64,000 nt of DNA from Bacteroidales bacterium UBA5219 (GTDB lineage: Bacteria > Bacteroidota > Bacteroidia > Bacteroidales > ML635J-15), in NCBI GenBank assembly GCA_002412425.1, contig DHVB01000021.1:61195-125194 (forward strand). Direction: 5' to 3'. The notes below the pieces were generated by a model. It saw only the letters and a program-made list of their open reading frames with translations, had not been told where the DNA came from and searched no databases. Shown one piece after another: positions 59,725 through 64,000 of this stretch. The translations under genes and the position numbers were made by a program. Numbering within the stretch: the first letter of the stretch is position 1; each line of letters opens with the position of its first letter.

Positions 59725-61353
59725 TTATTTTTCTATCAATTTTCTATTGTTTCTAATTACATTCATCACAGTATCAATCACAGGGTCTATTGTATTTGAA
59801 ATTTCATAAAAAGACGAATCTCCTAAAATTTGTCGTGCAATATATGCGTAAAGATTGTTTTCAATATATTTTCCAGAAATTCTAATGTCTCTTTGTGAAA
59901 CAGTGATATTGTTTTCACTAAGGTAGTTGTAAAATTTTTGCAAAACAGCATCTTTTTTAAGAAATCTTAGTAATTCATTTGTAGATTTAATTTTTTCTAA
60001 TCGGCTTCTATTTTCTTCTACATATTCTATAGAAAATATATAGTCTAAATTATTTCTACTAATTTTGCCATAAGCGTCAGTATATCCAGATGTGTCAATT
60101 GGTACAAAAATATCTGGCATTATACCTCCACTACCAAAAACTGGTCTTTTATTTTTTGTGTAAAAAATTAGCGAATCGTTAAGTTTAATGCTGTCTTTAT
60201 CTAAAAATTCACCATTTAAGAATCTATTATAAACTTCAAGGTTGTATTCGTCAGCACCATGTTCGTAAGGCTTTTGAATGCAACGTCCTGAAGGAGTAAA
60301 ATATCTTGCAGTTGTTAGTCTAATAACAGAACCGTCATTAAAAGTTGTAGCTTCTTGCACTAATCCTTTTCCATATGAGCGTCTGCCAATTATAAAACCT
60401 CTATCATTATCTTGAATTGCACCAGCTACAATTTCAGATGCAGATGCAGAAAATTCATTTATAAGTACAATTATTTCCATATTTTGGCAATAATTGCGTT
60501 TACTAGTTGATTTTACAAATTGTTTTTGTCTTGCTCTACCTTCTGTATAAACAAGGTCGATGTCTTTAGGGAAAAATTCATCTAAAATATCTGTTGCTGC
60601 TGTTAGGTATCCACCCGAATTGTCTCTAAGGTCTAAAACAATTGTGTCAAGACCAGTTTTTTGAAGAGTAAACATTGCATCAACAAATTGAGAGTGAGTG
60701 TTAGCAGCAAAGTATGCGATTTTTAAGTAAGCCGTTTTTGGAGCTAATTTGTAAGCAGCATCAACACTGTAAAGAGGAATTTTATCTCTAATAATTGAAA
60801 AATTTAAAAGGCGTTTACTGTTTTTTCGTAAAATTTTGAGATCTACATTTGTTTTAGCAGGACCTTTTAACATTTTTATTACCTCTTCGTTTTTAATACC
60901 AACACCAGCAATTTTGGTAGAGTCAACAAAAATTATTTTGTCACCAGCTTTGAGACCTGCCTTTTCAGAAGGACCGTTTTTAATTACATTTACAACTAAA
61001 AGTGTATCTTTGAACATATTGAATTGTATTCCTATTCCCTCAAAGTCTCCAGAAAGTTCTTCCTGCATGCTTTTTGCGTCTTCTGCGGTAATATATATGC
61101 TGTGTGGGTCTAAGGATTCTAATATTTTTGGTATTGCTAGTTCAATTAATTCATTATTTGATATGCTGTCAACATATTCGCTAGCAATAAAGTCTAATAA
61201 TAAACTTAACTTATCTATTCTTTTTGGTACTAGTAAGCTAGAGTTTTTGTTGTTTGCACTAAAAAAGTCGGCTACAAAAATTCCGAACAAAATAGATGCT
61301 GCTATAATGAGAGGTAGTAAGCTAGAAATTTTAGAATTGTTAAAATTACTCAT
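59725..61353 (-). CDS. S41 family carboxy-terminal processing peptidase
   Basis: N-terminal anchor. PDZ segment GIGIQF...GPSEKAGLKAGDKI. Catalytic region FSASASEI and RSYGKG. Confidence 0.88.
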   Translation of the reverse strand: MSNFNNSKISSLLPLIIAASILFGIFVADFFSANNKNSSLLVPKRIDKLSLLLDFIASEYVDSISNNELIELAIPKILESLDPHSIYITAEDAKSMQEELSGDFEGIGIQFNMFKDTLLVVNVIKNGPSEKAGLKAGDKIIFVDSTKIAGVGIKNEEVIKMLKGPAKTNVDLKILRKNSKRLLNFSIIRDKIPLYSVDAAYKLAPKTAYLKIAYFAANTHSQFVDAMFTLQKTGLDTIVLDLRDNSGGYLTAATDILDEFFPKDIDLVYTEGRARQKQFVKSTSKRNYCQNMEIIVLINEFSASASEIVAGAIQDNDRGFIIGRRSYGKGLVQEATTFNDGSVIRLTTARYFTPSGRCIQKPYEHGADEYNLEVYNRFLNGEFLDKDSIKLNDSLIFYTKNKRPVFGSGGIMPDIFVPIDTSGYTDAYGKISRNNLDYIFSIEYVEENRSRLEKIKSTNELLRFLKKDAVLQKFYNYLSENNITVSQRDIRISGKYIENNLYAYIARQILGDSSFYEISNTIDPVIDTVMNVIRNNRKLIEK

Positions 61354-61786
61354 TGTCTTTAAAGTTTATAACTTCAATGTTTGCTCTTTTTAAAAGTTTG
61401 TGTCCATCATCGTTACGATAATCGTCTAAATAAACAACTCTTTTAATACCCGCTTGTATTATTAGTTTAGCACATTCTATGCAAGGCGAAGTAGTTGCAT
61501 AAAGTGTTGCTCCAAGACTATTGTTTCCAGATTTTGCAACTTTAGTTATTGCATTTGCTTCGGCGTGCAAAACATAGGCTTTAGTTTTGTCGTTTTCATC
61601 TTCACACTCGTTTTCAAAACCTTCAGGTGTTCCATTAAATCCGTCTGATATTATCATTTTGTCTTTAACAATAAGAGCGCCTACTTGTCTTCGTTTGCAG
61701 TATGAGTTTTTTGCCCAAATTGCAGCCATTTCGAGGTAATGTTTGTCAAATTGATTTTGTTTTTGTGTGCTTACGAGTTTATTCAT
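61346..61786 (-). CDS. dCMP deaminase (ComEB family)
   Basis: HAEANAI and PCIECAKLI zinc motifs. 146 aa. Overlaps the downstream S41 peptidase gene (59725-61353) by 8 nt. Confidence 0.88.
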   Translation of the reverse strand: MNKLVSTQKQNQFDKHYLEMAAIWAKNSYCKRRQVGALIVKDKMIISDGFNGTPEGFENECEDENDKTKAYVLHAEANAITKVAKSGNNSLGATLYATTSPCIECAKLIIQAGIKRVVYLDDYRNDDGHKLLKRANIEVINFKDNE

Positions 61787-61806
61787 AGTTTACATTTTTT
61801 AAAAAA

Positions 61807-61824
61807 GCCCTCTTTGTTGAGGGC
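61807..61824 (-). terminator. rho-independent terminator downstream of tRNA-Leu
   Basis: GCCCTC-aacaaa-GAGGGC followed by TTTTTT on the minus strand, 2 nt after the tRNA 3' end. Confidence 0.7.
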
Positions 61825-61826
61825 AG

Positions 61827-61910
61827 TACCCGGGGCCGGGGTCGAACCGGCACTCCAGGGAAGGAACTGGTGTTTGAGACCAGCGCGTCTACCGATTCCG
61901 CCACCCGGGC
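61827..61910 (-). tRNA. tRNA-Leu (anticodon CAA), class II with long variable arm, CCA not encoded
   Basis: The minus strand reads GCCCGGGTGGCGGAATCGGTAGACGCGCTGGTCTCAAACACCAGTTCCTTCCCTGGAGTGCCGGTTCGACCCCGGCCCCGGGTA. Features: 7-bp acceptor stem, anticodon stem CTGGT/ACCAG with loop CTCAAAC, T-arm GCCGG-TTCGACC-CCGGC. Confidence 0.93.
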
Positions 61911-61962
61911 AATTCGGAGCAAAAATAATACCTTATTTTTAAATTACAAATAATTATTTTTA

Positions 61963-63165
61963 CTATTTTTTAAATACTTGCACAGCACGTTCAAAAATAC
62001 CGTGTACATATGCTATTAACATACCATAATTTGTTACTGGAATTTTGGCATCTACTGCTGGTTTTAGCCTATTTTGAACTTGCTTTTTTGTTAACACACA
62101 TCCACCACATTGTATAACTAAAGCATAATTTTGAATTGCTTCAGGAATATTGTCTAAACCACTAACAACAGTAAAGTTTAATTCCTTTTTTGTGTAATTT
62201 CTTAATAAAGTTGGAATTTTCTTTCGTCCTATATCATCGCAAGAAACATGATGACTACAAGATTCTAAAATTAAAATATTGTCTCCGTCTTTTAAGTTTT
62301 CAATATGTGGTGTGCCTTCAATATATGCCTGAAAATCACCTTTTTGTCTAGCTAAAACAATTGAAAAACTAGTTAATAGAATACTTTTATCTATTAGTTT
62401 GCTAACTGTGTCAAAAATTTGAGAATCAGTAATAACTAAGTTGGGCTTTACTTTTGATTTTTCTAAAAAATCTTTTATTTCATCTTGCTTTAAAATAATT
62501 GATATAGCATCATTGTCTAAAACATCGCGAATAGTTTGAACTTGAGGTAAAATTAATCGCCCAGCAGGTGTGCCAGCATCAATTGTGCTTACTAATAAAA
62601 TTAAATCCCCTTTTTTTATAATATCGCCTAAAAGAGTATCAGTTTTTAAAGATAAATCAGGAATTGTTGATTTTATAAGTTCAAAAATTTCATCTCTTTT
62701 TGTCAAATCTTTTATTGAAAAATCAATAATGTTTTTTGTGAAATTGTTTTTTAATTTTTGTTCTAAATCTGTATTAAGTGATTGTATGTCAGATTTGCTG
62801 TGCAGTAAAATATATGGCAGTTTTGCATTATTAAAGTTGTTTATTAAACTTTCTTCGTATTTGCCAAAAGTATTAGAATCAAATACCAAAATTGCTAAGT
62901 CAACTTTATCAGTTGTATCTAAAGTTTTTTTTGTTCTTAAATCTCCAATTTCGCCAGCATCATCAATTCCAGCCGTGTCAATAAAAATTGCTGGACCAAA
63001 TCCTGTAATTTCAAAACTTCGTTTTACTGGATCGGTGGTTGTACCCGGTAAATCTGCAACAATAGAAATGTTTTGCCCAGATAAAAAATTTATTAAAGCG
63101 CTTTTACCTACATTTCTACGTCCATATATTCCTATGTGTATTTTATTCTCTTTCCCTAAAGCCAT
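61963..63165 (-). CDS. hydF: [FeFe]-hydrogenase maturation GTPase HydF homologue
   Basis: N-terminal G domain GRRNVGKS / TTTDPV / DTAGIDD. The dimerisation and cluster domains are collinear with my recollection of Thermotoga HydF (GRLILPQV, VITDSQ, DIGRKKIP). Cluster motif reads CSHH...QCGGC. Confidence 0.8.
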   Translation of the reverse strand: MALGKENKIHIGIYGRRNVGKSALINFLSGQNISIVADLPGTTTDPVKRSFEITGFGPAIFIDTAGIDDAGEIGDLRTKKTLDTTDKVDLAILVFDSNTFGKYEESLINNFNNAKLPYILLHSKSDIQSLNTDLEQKLKNNFTKNIIDFSIKDLTKRDEIFELIKSTIPDLSLKTDTLLGDIIKKGDLILLVSTIDAGTPAGRLILPQVQTIRDVLDNDAISIILKQDEIKDFLEKSKVKPNLVITDSQIFDTVSKLIDKSILLTSFSIVLARQKGDFQAYIEGTPHIENLKDGDNILILESCSHHVSCDDIGRKKIPTLLRNYTKKELNFTVVSGLDNIPEAIQNYALVIQCGGCVLTKKQVQNRLKPAVDAKIPVTNYGMLIAYVHGIFERAVQVFKK

Positions 63166-63244
63166 GTTTATAATTTTTTTTAAAAATTTAGTTTAAGTAT
63201 TTTGTCTTTTAACAAATTAAAATTAAGTTTGTTAAAAATATTTT

Positions 63245-64000
63245 ATGAAAAATATTAGTGCAATATTAGTATTAATTTTTGTTGTTTCTAATGCCTTTTG
63301 TCAAAATTTTGAAACAGGTGTCCCTGGATTTAAAAACTTTTCACCACGTAATTATGGACAAGAAAGTCAGAATTTTAGTGTTGTTCAAAATAAAGAAGGG
63401 ATAATGTATTTTGGAAATGCTAATGGGATTATGGAATTTGATAATAGTTCATGGCGTTTAGTGAAAGTTCCAGGCAAACCAATGTTGACAATTAATTCAA
63501 ATAATGAAGTTTATTATGGGGGTTATAATCAAATTGGGAAAATTGTTTATGAAAATGGACATCTTTTAACAAAACTATTAAATCTTGGGGAACATGATAA
63601 ATTTGGACAGGTAACGCAAATTATAGCTATTGATAATGACTTATATGTGGTGAGTTCAAAGCAATTGTTTTATTTTCATAGAGATAGTTTGCAATCAGTT
63701 AAAACTTTTCAATCTAATGTTAAAATATTTAAATTTAATGAAAAAATATTATGTAATATACAAGAAAAGGGTTTGTCTTATTGTCAAAATGGGGATTTTG
63801 TAAAATTTGAAGATTCTGAGCTTTTTGAGAACATGACTATATGTGATATAATAGCTTTAAATTCAAAAGAGTTTTTAGTTAGAGATCAGAAAAGTGAAAG
63901 CTTTTTTAAATATTCAGACGGAACGATAACTGAATTTAAAACAGAAGCAGATGATTTTATACAGGCTAATACTTATTCGGTAGGTTTAGCCCTAGACAAT
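63245..64000 (+). CDS. partial (N-terminal 252 codons) two-component-regulator-propeller repeat protein, runs off the window
   Basis: I translated it from the ATG at 63245 to the window end with no stop codon. Signal peptide. Starts NFSPRNYGQESQNFSVVQNKEGIMYFGNANGIMEFD, typical of the first propeller blades of Y_Y_Y-type sensors. It is absent from the ORF track because it is open-ended. Confidence 0.65.
   Translation, partial: MKNISAILVLIFVVSNAFCQNFETGVPGFKNFSPRNYGQESQNFSVVQNKEGIMYFGNANGIMEFDNSSWRLVKVPGKPMLTINSNNEVYYGGYNQIGKIVYENGHLLTKLLNLGEHDKFGQVTQIIAIDNDLYVVSSKQLFYFHRDSLQSVKTFQSNVKIFKFNEKILCNIQEKGLSYCQNGDFVKFEDSELFENMTICDIIALNSKEFLVRDQKSESFFKYSDGTITEFKTEADDFIQANTYSVGLALDN

Noticed and set aside
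61739-61942. 67-aa plus-strand ORF in the track.
   Set aside because: It overlaps the tRNA-Leu gene and its terminator on the opposite strand. Its relatively GC-rich codons simply mirror the tRNA sequence.
1-64000. Scanned for mobile elements, CRISPR arrays, rRNA, integrases next to the tRNA-Leu, toxin-antitoxin pairs and known defence-system signatures.
   Set aside because: I saw no transposase or integrase motifs, no regularly spaced repeats, and no nuclease/ATPase/methylase pairings typical of defence loci. The only nuclease is a signal-peptide-bearing NUC1-type enzyme.

Overview
Low-GC (about 30% by eye), densely coding chromosomal segment. It reads as Bacteroidota core genome, probably from an anaerobe: a HydF homologue is present, Shine-Dalgarno sites are absent, TAnnTTTG-type -7 boxes occur, and many proteins carry T9SS C-terminal domains. 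I see about 50 intact CDSs under genetic code 11, one tRNA-Leu(CAA), and three GC-containing plus one AT-only hairpin terminators. I found no rRNA, CRISPR array, transposase, integrase, phage gene or recognisable defence genes. Housekeeping content: isoprenoid (dxr, ispE), riboflavin/FAD (ribF, ribE), folate (folK), thiamine (thiL), tRNA modification (tadA, queG), translation and ribosome biogenesis (pheS, der), central metabolism (fumC, asnB, ahcY), lipid A (lpxH), repair and nucleotide metabolism (recO, rdgB, dCMP deaminase), and envelope proteases (rseP, M23, S41). Interleaved are T9SS-linked genes: a 1665-aa C25 (gingipain/PorU-like) peptidase, a PorZ-like double-propeller protein, a lipase with a CTD, and an operon of a TonB-dependent barrel, a 1372-aa CTD-bearing protein and a PorV/PorQ-like barrel. 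The two items I consider most worth follow-up are that three-gene outer-membrane operon (36462-45378) and a 48%-GC structured non-coding island flanked by direct repeats between tadA and thiL (54405-54567). All functional calls rest on motif recognition and remembered family signatures; no database search was possible.
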